A stretch of DNA of 63,997 bases, the filler included, from Trypethelium eluteriae (taxonomy: Eukaryota): the NCBI GenBank assembly GCA_051942245.1. It is 4 parts of 4 records of this genome, joined end to end, with 100 filler letters (N's around TTAATTAATTAA, not from the genome) between each part and the next. Parts side by side here need not be neighbours in the genome. Positions count along the whole stretch, not along the records: positions 33,615 to 50,288 come from JAVECL010000615.1; positions 50,389 to 63,997 come from JAVECL010000726.1; 2 more parts are not named here. One strand, written 5' to 3'. The notes below the pieces were generated by a model. The model was given only the letters and a program-made list of their open reading frames with translations. It searched no databases and was not told the DNA's origin. The position numbers and the translations under genes were made by a program. Positions 46,216 to 56,810 of this stretch are shown one piece after another; positions within the stretch are counted from its first letter, which is position 1; each line of letters opens with the position of its first letter.

Positions 46216-49057
46216 TCAGTCAACCTCTTCTTGGGAGTTTTGTTCTCGTATCTGATCCAGGTCTACTTTGATCTGCTCGATAAGCCCAGCACAAGACTTT
46301 GTCTTGGGGTGATCGAGTCCAAGATGCTTTTTCCTGGCTTCAAAGACCCCAACGTAGAGTTTTTCGGCTTCGACAAGATTCCCTTTGCGATGAAGAATGG
46401 TGGCCAAATTTCTGCGAGCTGTGACAGTCTCTAGATGATTCTTTCCTAACATCTCGGTCATATTATGAAGCACGTGTCTTATATTCACTTCAGCCTCGCA
46501 ATAGTTTTCCTGACCCATAAGGACGAGGGCTACATTGCTTTTGCTCCTAAGCGTGTCAGGGTGCTTTGGTCCCAGCAACTGCTCACGAGCACGGAAGACC
46601 GTTGAGTGGATTTCGAAGGCCTCTGCAAGCTTGCCCTGCTGTTGGAAGACTAGGCCGAGGTTGTTCAAACTCAATAGCCTCCCAGTATGCATCTCGCCGT
46701 ACATTTCTCGCCTTGCGTCCACAACTTTTTGGAAGCATGCCTCAGCTTCTTGATATTTTCCTTGCTCTTGAAGAGCCCGGCCGAGATTGTTTTCACTTTT
46801 GAGAGAATCATCATGGTTTGGTCCCAGCAGCCGTTCCTTGACTTTAAGAGCGCCTCGATGGATATCCTCGGCCTCTTGGTATCTGCCTTGCTTCTCGAGG
46901 ATGAGGCCCAAATTGTTTCGACTGGCAAGGACATCCGGATGCTCATCACCCAAGATTTTTCTTCGTTTGCTTAAGACCTCACTCGTAATTCTTTCACTTT
47001 CTTGATAGTTATCGAGATATTCGTAGACCACAGCCAATTCACTCAAAGTCTCCAGAGTTTTCTCGCTATCTTCTCCCTTCAAAACCTTGAGTCTTTCGTG
47101 AGATAGCACCGCATGTTGTAGAGAACTGACATAATTGCCTGTCACTCGTAGATATAGTGAGATTTGTGAGTTCAACTGCGTGGACTTTATGTCAAGATCC
47201 TCGCTGTTTTTGAGCGTGGTCTGAGCGTGTAGGATGAGCGACCTGCCAATGGAGAGCTGAGATCCGTCATTGAAGTTGGGGGGAAATTCCTGAGTCACTG
47301 CATTCAACGCCATGTGTGCATACTTAGTGAAGCGAAGCTTTGTTTTGAGCTGATGCCTCAGAACCAAGTGAACCAATCGGTGCACGTTAAGTAGTTCCTT
47401 GTCCTGGTCTAGTTGTATCATAGAATATGCTTTGAGTAAGCTCAAAGCTGAGAACACTTTCGCACGACTGGCATCTTCTATAGGAAGAAGGCGATATGGA
47501 ATTTCATGATAATGTAAGCAAGCCATGAAAGAGAAGAGGTGTTCAGCCAACGCATTATCTTTTTGAATTTGTTCAAAAGTTATCAACCAGGTTCTTGTTA
47601 CCGGGTCTTTGAAAGGCAGGTCGTCCCCAAGAAGATCGATCCGTTCGGTCTCGTTTTCACAATATAGCTTGAGGTAGCCGCGGATGCCAATTTGCGCATG
47701 CAGAACATAAGTTGCAGCGTGGACAAGAGCCAAGGGTAGATATTCAAGCTCGTTTGCAAGAGATACTCTACTTGCTTCGTCGCTCTCATGATCGTTTGAG
47801 ATCTTCGTAAGGAGCTCGACAGCATCTTTCTCGGCTAGCGGACCGAGAGAGATGAGATTATCGGGGTTAGATCTAATAAGTTGGAATGCCAGATTGTTAT
47901 TTCTTGATGTGAATATTATGGTACCATTTCCGCCATGGGGGAGAAGGTCAAAGATCTGCCTGGGACCGAAGAAAGTCTCCTTCATGTCTGCCCCATCAAT
48001 TATGATGAGCCATTTGCCTGATGCTTCACTATCAAGAAAGGATTTGATGCCCCGAAAACCCTTGATTGGATCAGAATAACCTATCTGGTTTATGATGTCT
48101 TCGGCCTTCGCAGCTTCTAGATAGCTGGTTTCGAACTCAAGCTCACTGCCTGCCCGCACAAATAGCACCCGAAGGCTTGGAACATCTCCCTTCAGGCGGT
48201 AGGCAGCTTCAATGGCAAGTTCGGATTTTCTAAAGACAAAGAGTCAATGCTTTGTGAAATTGATCTACCGGGGTTCCATGACTGACCCTATTCCGCCAAG
48301 ACCGACGATGGCTATGCGAGTATGGAAACCTACTGGGTTGACTTTGCGCTTGACACGCTCGACAGCCTCTGCATGACCAACAAAAAGAATATTCGGCGGT
48401 GGCATTGTGATCCAAGTGCCAATATGCTGCATCTTTTGGTCACGCCGAATGTTTGTAGTTTCTGTACCCTGTGAAGAACTTCCTGTTAGAAACTTGGACA
48501 CGGGCTAGCAAACAATAGTATTTATTTCTTGTTGGTCTGTGCTCAATTTCGGTCACTTCGTAGTCGAGCGTAATATTACCCAGAGCCTGCCACATCTCTG
48601 CATCGCAGTAGATCCTTCAGATAATAGAGCACCCTCACAATAAGATCGAAGGTATTTAATTTACCTGTACAATGTATAATGTCTGCAACAAGCAAAATTC
48701 TTTGAGGATGTCGTTGATCAAATTCTCGATCATCTTCTGGTTTGTTGCTAATGTCAGAGCGAGAGAAGTGCGGCCGACCATGCCATTCCTGCACGAGCGC
48801 AATTTCCCTATTCTTTTGGCTAGTCTCTCCAGCTTGCTATCACATCTCTCTATGATCTTCTGCGCTTGCTTCTCAAGCGATCCCGCCTTGATGCTTTGAA
48901 CGAGGTCGATCATGTCATTGACCTGACAGGAGAGGTCTTCTTCAAGTCGAGGGCCGTCTCGTATTTTCTCAATTAGGCTCGTGCAGCAGTCTTTCGCTTG
49001 AATGGCGTACACAGCCAGTTGGGCAGACGCTGCAAGAACACCAATGATCTCGGCCAT
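46216..49057 (-). CDS. NLR-like STAND protein: HeLo-like/SesA-type N-terminal domain, NB-ARC and TPR repeats
   Basis: N-terminus MAEIIGVLAASAQLAVY. Walker A GLGGIG|KSELA split by intron about 48230-48285. Walker B WLIIIDGAD, IIFTSR, YLPLALVHA and VHRLVH. About six 42-aa TPR units (LG..HP..L....NL). First intron about 48505-48665 is less certain. Confidence 0.88.
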
Positions 49058-50009
49058 CGCTCGATCAAACATTGATGGATTTAAGAATGATAGCGTTGTC
49101 TGCATTCCGTAAGGCGATGAAGCCTGAACTGTGTCCATGGGTACAGATGCTGCCTGAGGTACATCACTGCGCCAACTTACTCAGCCGCGTAGAATACTAT
49201 GCTTCATTGGACCCAATAGTTGATGGGTTTACAAGGCTGGATGCACGCCTGCGTTCTCATTGCTGACAGCCTTAAAAGACTTTCAACCAAGCCTTATCCG
49301 TCGTCAGCTGTGTTTTCCACCATCAAACTAGCACAAGGATTTAATTTTAAAAAAAAAAAGATACAGCAAGGAATTTCAGCTTCTCTCACGATCCACATGC
49401 CTTCCGAGCGACAGCTATAGCAAGAACGAGCCTTACTCCTAATGGTTCCATATCAGTCCCCTACAATGTACCAGAGTAAAGTATAAGACCCATCTTTGCC
49501 AGTTGGACAGATGATTGCGGCGTGTCCGTTGCGAGTGCAAGTAGAGTACGATCGGCTTTATAGGTTTGCTTTTCCTATTAAAGTAGGTACCGTTTCCTAA
49601 CGCGTAAAGTCCGGTCTATTCCACCTACAGCCTAGGTCAAAGTACATGGAGCATCCACACCTCCAAGTTCGACGTTGGTATTATCAAGCGATGGCGGACC
49701 AAAGAAGCCACAAGACTGATCGAGATTCCAACTTGACATAGAAACTAATGAGAAGCTTGATCAGACTAGCTAAGAGGAGCTTTGAGATGATATACTGAAG
49801 TTGTTCTATCAACGACTGGATGAAAAATGAGTGACTTAGATGATCGAGCTAAAATATAGCTGAAGCCACGTTTACGTATATAATAATTTCATATGGTGGT
49901 AAGAATGAGAATAAATAAATTAATCTATATTAAAATAGAGGGTTACTAAAGCTAAATTCTGAATAAACAATTGGACAAAAAATAGCGATTTTTGTTATGG
50001 ACTGAGGGT

Positions 50010-50112
50010 CACGTGCCTAGGATGAGATGAAAGTGATGGATGAGAGGGGTGAGATGAAAGGTCACATGATTTCACGTGATTTTGCCCATGGACGCATGCG
50101 CAGCTGTATATA
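50010..50112 (+). promoter_or_regulatory. Promoter-like motif cluster: two CACGTG, one CACATG, PAC-like GATGAGATGA, repeated GAGATGAAAG, and TATATA
   Basis: CACGTG at 50010-50015 and 50073-50078, CACATG 50063-50068, GATGAGATGA 50021-50030 and TATATA 50107-50112, preceded by an AT-rich tract. Confidence 0.55.
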
Positions 50113-50126
50113 GACGGCGCTGCCCG

Positions 50127-50288
50127 CATGTCAGCACCTAGCTTTACCGCCTCCAGCGAGCACGCTGGATATCCGGAGAGGCTACGGCTTTCGATGGATA
50201 GGACGATGGATTCACACCTTCTCGCGGTGTCCGGTGTCAGTACCTGTATGGTTGTTACAGCGAAACTGAGATGAATCCAAACGCGACG
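50127..50288 (+). ncRNA. Candidate structured ncRNA (possibly H/ACA type), truncated by the gap
   Basis: Stem TCCAGCG/CGCTGGA inside TAGC...GCTA; ANANNA box ATAGGA at 50198-50203; second domain closed by TGGATTCA/TGAATCCA with nested TCAGT/ACTGA, CTGTA/TACAG and CACC/GGTG. Lies just downstream of a TATA box. Confidence 0.4.
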
Positions 50289-50388
50289 NNNNNNNNNNNN
50301 NNNNNNNNNNNNNNNNNNNNNNNNNNNNNNNNTTAATTAATTAANNNNNNNNNNNNNNNNNNNNNNNNNNNNNNNNNNNNNNNNNNNN
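50289..50388. other. Assembly linker (N44-TTAATTAATTAA-N44)
   Basis: Same linker as at 16715. Confidence 0.98.
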
Positions 50389-52046
50389 CTTCCTAACCCC
50401 TTCCTCCCGCTCCCCCCACTCTTTCGCGCTCTTCGCCTTGCCCTTCTCCTTCCGCCGCACCGTCTTCGCCAGCAATTTCGCATCATCCAGCGACTTCTCA
50501 CCATGCACCCGCTTCCGCGCATTCAGCCAGCTATCCTTCTCATCAATATCAGCCCGCGTCGCGGCATCAAGGCCAGCAAGACGCGAGGCTTTGTTCTGCG
50601 CGGCTGTAAGCGCGGTCTTCGGGTCGGAGGGACCTTTCTTCTTCGTGGCGGTGGGATTCGGGAGTAAAGTAGAGAGGGAGGGGTCGAGGCGGGCGCCGTC
50701 GTCGAAGCGGATGTTGCCGTAGGAGAAGTTAGTCTCGGGTTCCTTGCCCGGGGTTTGGTTTTTGGCGGCTGACGCTTTGCCTTGGGAGGAGGATTGAGCG
50801 GCAGCGGCGGCTTCTTCGGCTTCTTTTTGCTGCTTGCGCATTTCTTTCTTGCGCTGCCGACGCTCTTCTTCTTTGCGCCGGCGCTGCTCGAGAAGCTCCT
50901 GACGGTTGCGGGCGGGTTGGCCGTCTGGACCGTCGGCTTTGCGGGCGGCGCGGAGGGCGTCGATGCGGGTTTTCAGGCGAGCGCGGAGGAGTTCAGTGTT
51001 GATTTCGGAGCCTGACGGAAGCTTTTTGCGTTTGGGCTTGTCGAATGTAGATTGATCGCTTGGCGCGTCCGAGGCCCCACTCGATGGAGGTATAGATGTA
51101 GATGCAATTGCAGAGGGGTCTGACGTCTTCGTAGTAGATTCTTTAGATTGAGGTATCTCGGAGGGATCAGCGGTTGAAGGAGGAATGATTGATGATATTG
51201 AAGACGAAGTAGAATGAGGTTTTGGTGATTGTGGAGTCTCTGGTGCTGAGGTGGGCGTAACCGAGGAATGGGATTCATGCTCGATGCCCTCTGTAATACC
51301 CTCCAGATTAAAACCCTCCATGTCTGCATCTCCAACGTCGGCCAAGGGTTCGTCGTCTCCACCAGCTTCTAATTTGTCTTCATCTACCTTAGAAACTTCG
51401 GCGAGCTGCTCCTCCTGTTTGCGAGCTTTTTTTACCTCTGCCTTTTCGTGCTTGCGAGCAGCCTTTTCAGCTTTTACTTTCCGCTTCTCCTTTCGCTTAT
51501 CCGCTCTGTTTCCCTTTGTATTATCACCAGGATGCCCACCGTTGCCGTCATTATTTGCTTGGGTACCACTTCTTGACTCTGAATTGTTTGCCACTTTCCG
51601 TTTCTTCGGAGGCTTCATACCCTCCTTGGGCTTTTCCAAAGAGGGATTGTTCAAATCAAGTGGTTCATCCTCTTCTTCTTGCTCCATTTCTCTTTTCCTC
51701 TTCCGCTCATTCTCATCCAAGATATCTTTGGCACTCTTTTGATTCTCTGGCTTCAGTTTCTCTTTCCGAGCTGCTTTTTTCTGCTCTTTGGTCTGCTTTT
51801 TGCGTTGCCATTGATCCTGCAGCAGTCAATTCTGTGATTAGCTGGTTTCGTTCGAGAGACGCGTTGATCTGGCATGTCGTACGCTATTGTCTGTTGCATA
51901 GTAACTCTTCGCTGGTATGAGAGACATTAGCCCGTCAAAAGCTCGGGCATGGCTTTCCAGCCGTGCCTAGAAGAAAATTATTTAGCATCACCATCATAAT
52001 ACGAGCAGCCCGGGCAAAAAATTACTTCTAGCTCATCGTCAGCCAT
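50389..52046 (-). CDS. RRP14: Rrp14/SURF6-family nucleolar ribosome-biogenesis protein, 3' truncated
   Basis: MADDELE|ARLESHARAFDGLMSLIPAKSYY...|DQWQRKKQTKEQ (Rrp14 N-terminus); LRAARKADGPDG...RNRQELLEQRRRKEE; KKKGPSDPKTAL; KGKAKSAKEWGER (SURF6 domain). Confidence 0.92.
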
Positions 52047-52607
52047 GGTGTGAACTGGCAAGTACTGGGTCTATGATGTCGAGATCGTTAAAGTGGGATG
52101 CGGATGCGGATGCGAATATTTTGTGGGATGACGGAAGACTTAATTTCGGCAAGTTTGGCTGCTGTTTGCACCTAGCCATGCCACTCAGATCCTACACATC
52201 ACCAACACAAAAGTAACACAACCTAAGTCACTAGACCAGATCATTGCTGGACACATTATCTTGCTCAAGCGTCAAGATCCTGAGTCGCACTAATCTGTCG
52301 CCTTTCTCGCCGTGGAGAGATCTGTGAGACTCGCTGGCATGCATCATTCACCGAGCAAAGTGACGACTCAGCCACGAAGAGGCATCCACTTACTACAAGG
52401 CTGTGGTCGGTTTGGAGACTGGTCACTCTGTAGCTTTTGCTACTCTGCAGAACTGAGGACGTGACCATGGGCTTTGCGCTTGTGCTTTCTCTAATATAGA
52501 GATCCTGGCGGGAGAAACACAAGTTCAAGTGATAGACTTGTGCATATTGTCACTCACTTTCATAAAGCTTGAGTCGAGGACTAGTCAACAGACACATTGC
52601 ATGCGAA

Positions 52608-54482
52608 ATGTCGGAAATGATTGAGGCTGGCTCGCTCTCGTCGCTTACGACGCTTGCATCAAATCCGCCATCTTATCCGAGAAATCCTACGGAGCAAGAG
52701 AGATCGCCGTTGGTGCTGTACATTGCCAGGGTACCAGGGAGCAAAGGTAATATACTTAGGTCAAAATTGAATATGTGGTTTCTAAGTCTAACAATGTCAG
52801 ATGTCTTTCTATCACCGCTCAAGCCAAAGCAGAAAGTCGTCAGTGCACAAGATGTAGAAAGCTCGCTCTATTATGTTCACATTGAACAACCCGAAGACGA
52901 AGTATTGTTAAGAGAGGAGCAGCTAGTAGCTGAGAGGGAGCAAAATGCTCAACCTTTGTCGGAAATTGAAGAGCAAGACGGTGCTATGAAGGAGCAATAT
53001 GCTCAACCATTGGTCGATAAGGAAGCACCGCCTTTGCCCCGAAGACCAGCTGTTGGAGAGCGCAGTAGTACAACTGAAAGAACAACGCCATCACTGCCAA
53101 GAAGACCATTACACTCAATGCCACAACGTTCACAAACGGCCCAGTTACAACCCGCTTCGCAAATCCATAAACTAGGTCGAAAACCCGTTGCTTCTTCAAT
53201 TGCTTCTTCTTCTCCCAATGACGTGGATTTTCGTTCAAGTATCGATGCTGGTCAGGTTCAACGAAAACCTTTGACTGGACGTCCGCTTCCAGCTATACCT
53301 GTGGACAATCTCAATGTGGTTCCTGCGAATGTCGAGAACGTACAGCCTGAGTTTCGAGCCCCATTATCCATGCCAGATATTCCTCCAGCGCTACCCCCAC
53401 GTCATCGTCAATGGAAGTCCGAAAGTGGTGTGCCCCAAATGAGTCGGTCGAATCCTCCCTATCCCAGTGATCATCTTTCTGTGCCGTTCGTTACAGATGG
53501 TGGATTCGCTACCGCTCGAGAGGATGTCTCAAGGCCTTCCATATCGTCACGAATTGGATCGTATTCCAGCCAATACCTCGAGGAAGGTGTGCAGTCCTCA
53601 ATAACTCTTATTCGAAGAGACCCAACATCTGGAGCCCAATGGAATGTAGGAAGGATTTCGGACCCACCCATTACCGAGATCTCCTCCGAAACAATGCAAA
53701 GTGGAACACGAACCGAAAAATACAAGCGAATGGGAGCACCAATGTATGTCGAAATTACCAATCCGGGGTATAACAAATTCATCGATCGCCCGAACTCCTC
53801 CAGTAGCCAGCAAAGCAAGAGTCAAAGCAACAATAACACGTTTGAGAGACGCATCTACCTCGAGGGCTCTCGCGCCGCAACCCACAGCTACGCCAATCGC
53901 CCGTCTTCAGCCCACGGCTCCTTTCCCTCGTCCAACCCAACGCCCAGTGATAAAGGTTACGCCTTCCTCAGCCCTTGGGATGGAAAATGCCAGTTCTCGA
54001 CCGGCGGCTCAGGCCGCAGCGTCACATGTCGACACTCCATCTCCAGCGGCTCCAATGCCAGCATGTCCGACATTCGCGTGCTTGTCAGCGAACTGCGCTT
54101 CAATCTGCCTCCAGCGTCGGGCGTCGCATCGCTGGCACGGCCAAAAGGAATCGGCAGGTTCCATTCTGAAGTTGCAACTACATCGACGAGTAGTGCTGCA
54201 AACCCCGTATCTGCAGCACCGATCTCCCCCATCCTGGCGAACATGGCGGCGGAGGATCTGCGGCAAGGGCGTGATAGCTTTGATTTCGATGACGTGGAGG
54301 GCGGCGTCGCGAGGTTGGATCTGAGTCTGGGTCAGGAGCGCGCGGGCGGCGGGTTTAGTGGGAAGCAGGCGAAGTTGGGGAAGCTGATCCTCTGGGACGA
54401 GGGCCTGAAGATGATGGACCTGCTCGTGGCTGCGAACGTAGCCTTGTGGTGTCGGGCCTACGGCAGCGTCGAGCCCAGATAG
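52608..54482 (+). CDS. Conserved fungal hypothetical protein with a proline-rich middle region
   Basis: LASNPPSYPRNP, LVLYIARVPGSK|DVFLSPLKP (in-frame intron 52747-52800), LIRRDPTSGAQWNVG, FLSPWDGKCQF, VSELRFNLP and LSLGQERAGGGFSGKQAKLGKLI blocks. Start codon uncertain. Confidence 0.8.
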   Translation: MSEMIEAGSLSSLTTLASNPPSYPRNPTEQERSPLVLYIARVPGSKGNILRSKLNMWFLSLTMSDVFLSPLKPKQKVVSAQDVESSLYYVHIEQPEDEVLLREEQLVAEREQNAQPLSEIEEQDGAMKEQYAQPLVDKEAPPLPRRPAVGERSSTTERTTPSLPRRPLHSMPQRSQTAQLQPASQIHKLGRKPVASSIASSSPNDVDFRSSIDAGQVQRKPLTGRPLPAIPVDNLNVVPANVENVQPEFRAPLSMPDIPPALPPRHRQWKSESGVPQMSRSNPPYPSDHLSVPFVTDGGFATAREDVSRPSISSRIGSYSSQYLEEGVQSSITLIRRDPTSGAQWNVGRISDPPITEISSETMQSGTRTEKYKRMGAPMYVEITNPGYNKFIDRPNSSSSQQSKSQSNNNTFERRIYLEGSRAATHSYANRPSSAHGSFPSSNPTPSDKGYAFLSPWDGKCQFSTGGSGRSVTCRHSISSGSNASMSDIRVLVSELRFNLPPASGVASLARPKGIGRFHSEVATTSTSSAANPVSAAPISPILANMAAEDLRQGRDSFDFDDVEGGVARLDLSLGQERAGGGFSGKQAKLGKLILWDEGLKMMDLLVAANVALWCRAYGSVEPR

Positions 54483-55704
54483 GGACGGAGTCGAGTCGAT
54501 CCGAGACTGGATTCCTAATCTGGGGGTCTCCTCGAGAGCATGAGGGGAGAGGTGTATATGATGAGTCGAAGCGCGGAAGTGGATCACGACATCGGGGTGG
54601 ATCAAAGTGTGGTGGTGGACCAACGTGTGGGATGGGATCTCTTGGGGCGGATGACTCGTTCGACGTGTCTAATGAGTAGTACGAGGGGACTGAGTTTCCT
54701 GAACCGTATGACGCATTTAGTGAATCCGATGAATGAGGAGTGGGAGGGGTCCCAGTGGCATTTGGCGAGTTATATGAAGACGGCGAGCCGCAGAATGGAA
54801 GGGATTCCGTTGGAACATATTGGGCCTTTCGTGTGGACGATGCAAGCAATGATAAGAGAGAATCAATGGACTCCGTATCCTCCTCAACGGGATCCTCGAC
54901 ATTTGGGCGAGGTCGCTTGGCGCCTCGTTCTTCAACACTTTCATATATGTCCGACGTCTCTGGAGTTTGGCCGAATTGGGTTTTTTCGGTAAAAGCCCTT
55001 GGCGGTGGCCTATCGATATACACCCACTCCCATGGAGGTGAGCTACATCGCTTACGTTTCTTTCGCCTTTGTTCTTTCTTTAGCGATTCACTATTTGGCT
55101 CCACGGGATTCGCAGGCCCAGCCTCATCGGAAGTAAACGAAGAAGAATGTTCGGGGAGGTCAGGAGGTGGCGTCTCTTCAGCATACTTGTCCACGGGTTT
55201 TGGTCCGTTTCCGAAGAATTCATCGGACTCATTGGCAGCCTCTGCCGCTCGCTTCTCCTTCTCCAAATGCTCACTCGAGCTCTTTCGTCTACCATCGGAT
55301 TGGGCTTCAGGAAAGCGGACATGGCGTTCCCGTTCCTCACGATCTGTCCAGATCTTTCCCTCCGATTCGCAGCTGGCCGAGACCTTTCCTAGACAACACT
55401 CTCTGAAAAAAGCGGTCATTGCGGCATAGCTTCTGGACTTGCCAAAACGTAAGGCAGAAGCGTACAACGCGTTTGTCCCGAAGAGACTAGGCGAATTGAT
55501 AATGCGAGCCAAAATGCTCGAGAGCTCATCGGTCAATGAGGTAGTTTGCCGTAGCTTGCCTTCTTTAAGAATGTTTTCCACGACATCGACATCGTCAGTG
55601 TCTTCAAGCAGAGCCTCGACATATTTGTAGTAGTCGTCCTTATCCTGTAGCATGACAGAAATATAGTTGTATTGCTCCAGGCTCTCAGGAATACGTCCCG
55701 GCAT
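54355..55704 (-). CDS. Hypothetical protein with a helical acidic N-terminal region and disordered C-terminus
   Basis: About 450 codons open from ATG 55704, with NLS-like RRKKRKR. No family recognised. Its 3' end overlaps the convergent gene. Confidence 0.6.
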   Translation of the reverse strand: MPGRIPESLEQYNYISVMLQDKDDYYKYVEALLEDTDDVDVVENILKEGKLRQTTSLTDELSSILARIINSPSLFGTNALYASALRFGKSRSYAAMTAFFRECCLGKVSASCESEGKIWTDREERERHVRFPEAQSDGRRKSSSEHLEKEKRAAEAANESDEFFGNGPKPVDKYAEETPPPDLPEHSSSFTSDEAGPANPVEPNSESLKKEQRRKKRKRCSSPPWEWVYIDRPPPRAFTEKTQFGQTPETSDIYESVEERGAKRPRPNVEDPVEEDTESIDSLLSLLASSTRKAQYVPTESLPFCGSPSSYNSPNATGTPPTPHSSDSLNASYGSGNSVPSYYSLDTSNESSAPRDPIPHVGPPPHFDPPRCRDPLPRFDSSYTPLPSCSRGDPQIRNPVSDRLDSVPIWARRCRRPDTTRLRSQPRAGPSSSGPRPRGSASPTSPASH

Positions 55705-56810
55705 GGTCACGGCTGAAGATTGTAGTAGAGCATAAGGTTGTAGTAGAAAGGTTCAATTCGATGAACCAACGACCTTATGTGGCGATCCGCGCGTTAATGC
55801 AATGGTTTGAGTGCTTTGGTTTGTTTGAGTGCGGCGGCTTGGTGGTAATATGGCGCGGGAGCGCGGGTAGCTACCGGAAGCGATGAGCGCGCGTTTGCGG
55901 GTGGACGGCGATAGTCGTATCGTAATGTAATCACGGTAATGTTCGGTAGAGCAAGGTAGCCGCGTCCGATACTTCTCGCACTTCTGCAAGACTTTGTAAA
56001 ACTTCAAGGCAGCAGCATCGACGCATGCAAGTGCGAGACTTCTGAAATATACAGAGAGCAGACTCCTATTGAGACCTAGGTACCATTGTCAAAGGGTGAA
56101 GTCGCTTCGTGTGAGCGACGGTCACAGGGGATGCTTGTGAGAAAGGGGCCACTCGTTCTTCCCACATCAGGACTACGAAAATCCCACGGCATGAGCTGCT
56201 CATCACTAGGCCAATTTCACCAAAAGTCTAACAAAAGGCTATGCTGTGGGTCGCATTCTTATTTCGGTCAGTGACGTTTTTTGGTGTGCCGCTTGGCACA
56301 TGAAGCTATTTCCTCCCAATGCTTGGGGCAATATTAGAAAAAAAAGAAAAAAAGAAAAATAGAAGCAGGATCAGCGTCGGAATTGCTACTACTTTGAGCA
56401 TCTCTCAGCTGGAAAGAACCCAGAATTGCGGATGTTTCCTTGTATCTTCTTCTGCGTCGTGGTGTTACGAAGAATAATGCGCCCCTTGGCCACATCATGG
56501 TTTTCATTGGGACAGTCCAACGTTCTGCCCTTCACTATTGGGGTGTCAAAGCAGCGACACACAACACCCGCTGCCCTAAACAACGCGAAATAACACCACG
56601 CTGCTTTTCTTCACACAATACAGCGCCTCTCACTCGCGGGGCTGTCGTCACGGGATGTCGCCTAATACCTGGAGATCCACTCATGTCGCGTTTGGCTGCC
56701 CACCAACTCTTCTTCCTTTCCAGCCTATACCACCATATCGTCCATCCTTCTAGAATCAACTTCATTCTATTCAACGCTAGACTACTCGCACTTTCACGTC
56801 TCAAGACAAG

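Noticed and set aside
50231..50288. TPP riboswitch (CCGGTG...CTGAGAT)
   Set aside because: The expected ATAC and following CTTGAT...TAAT...GCG elements are absent, and no thiamine gene is visible.
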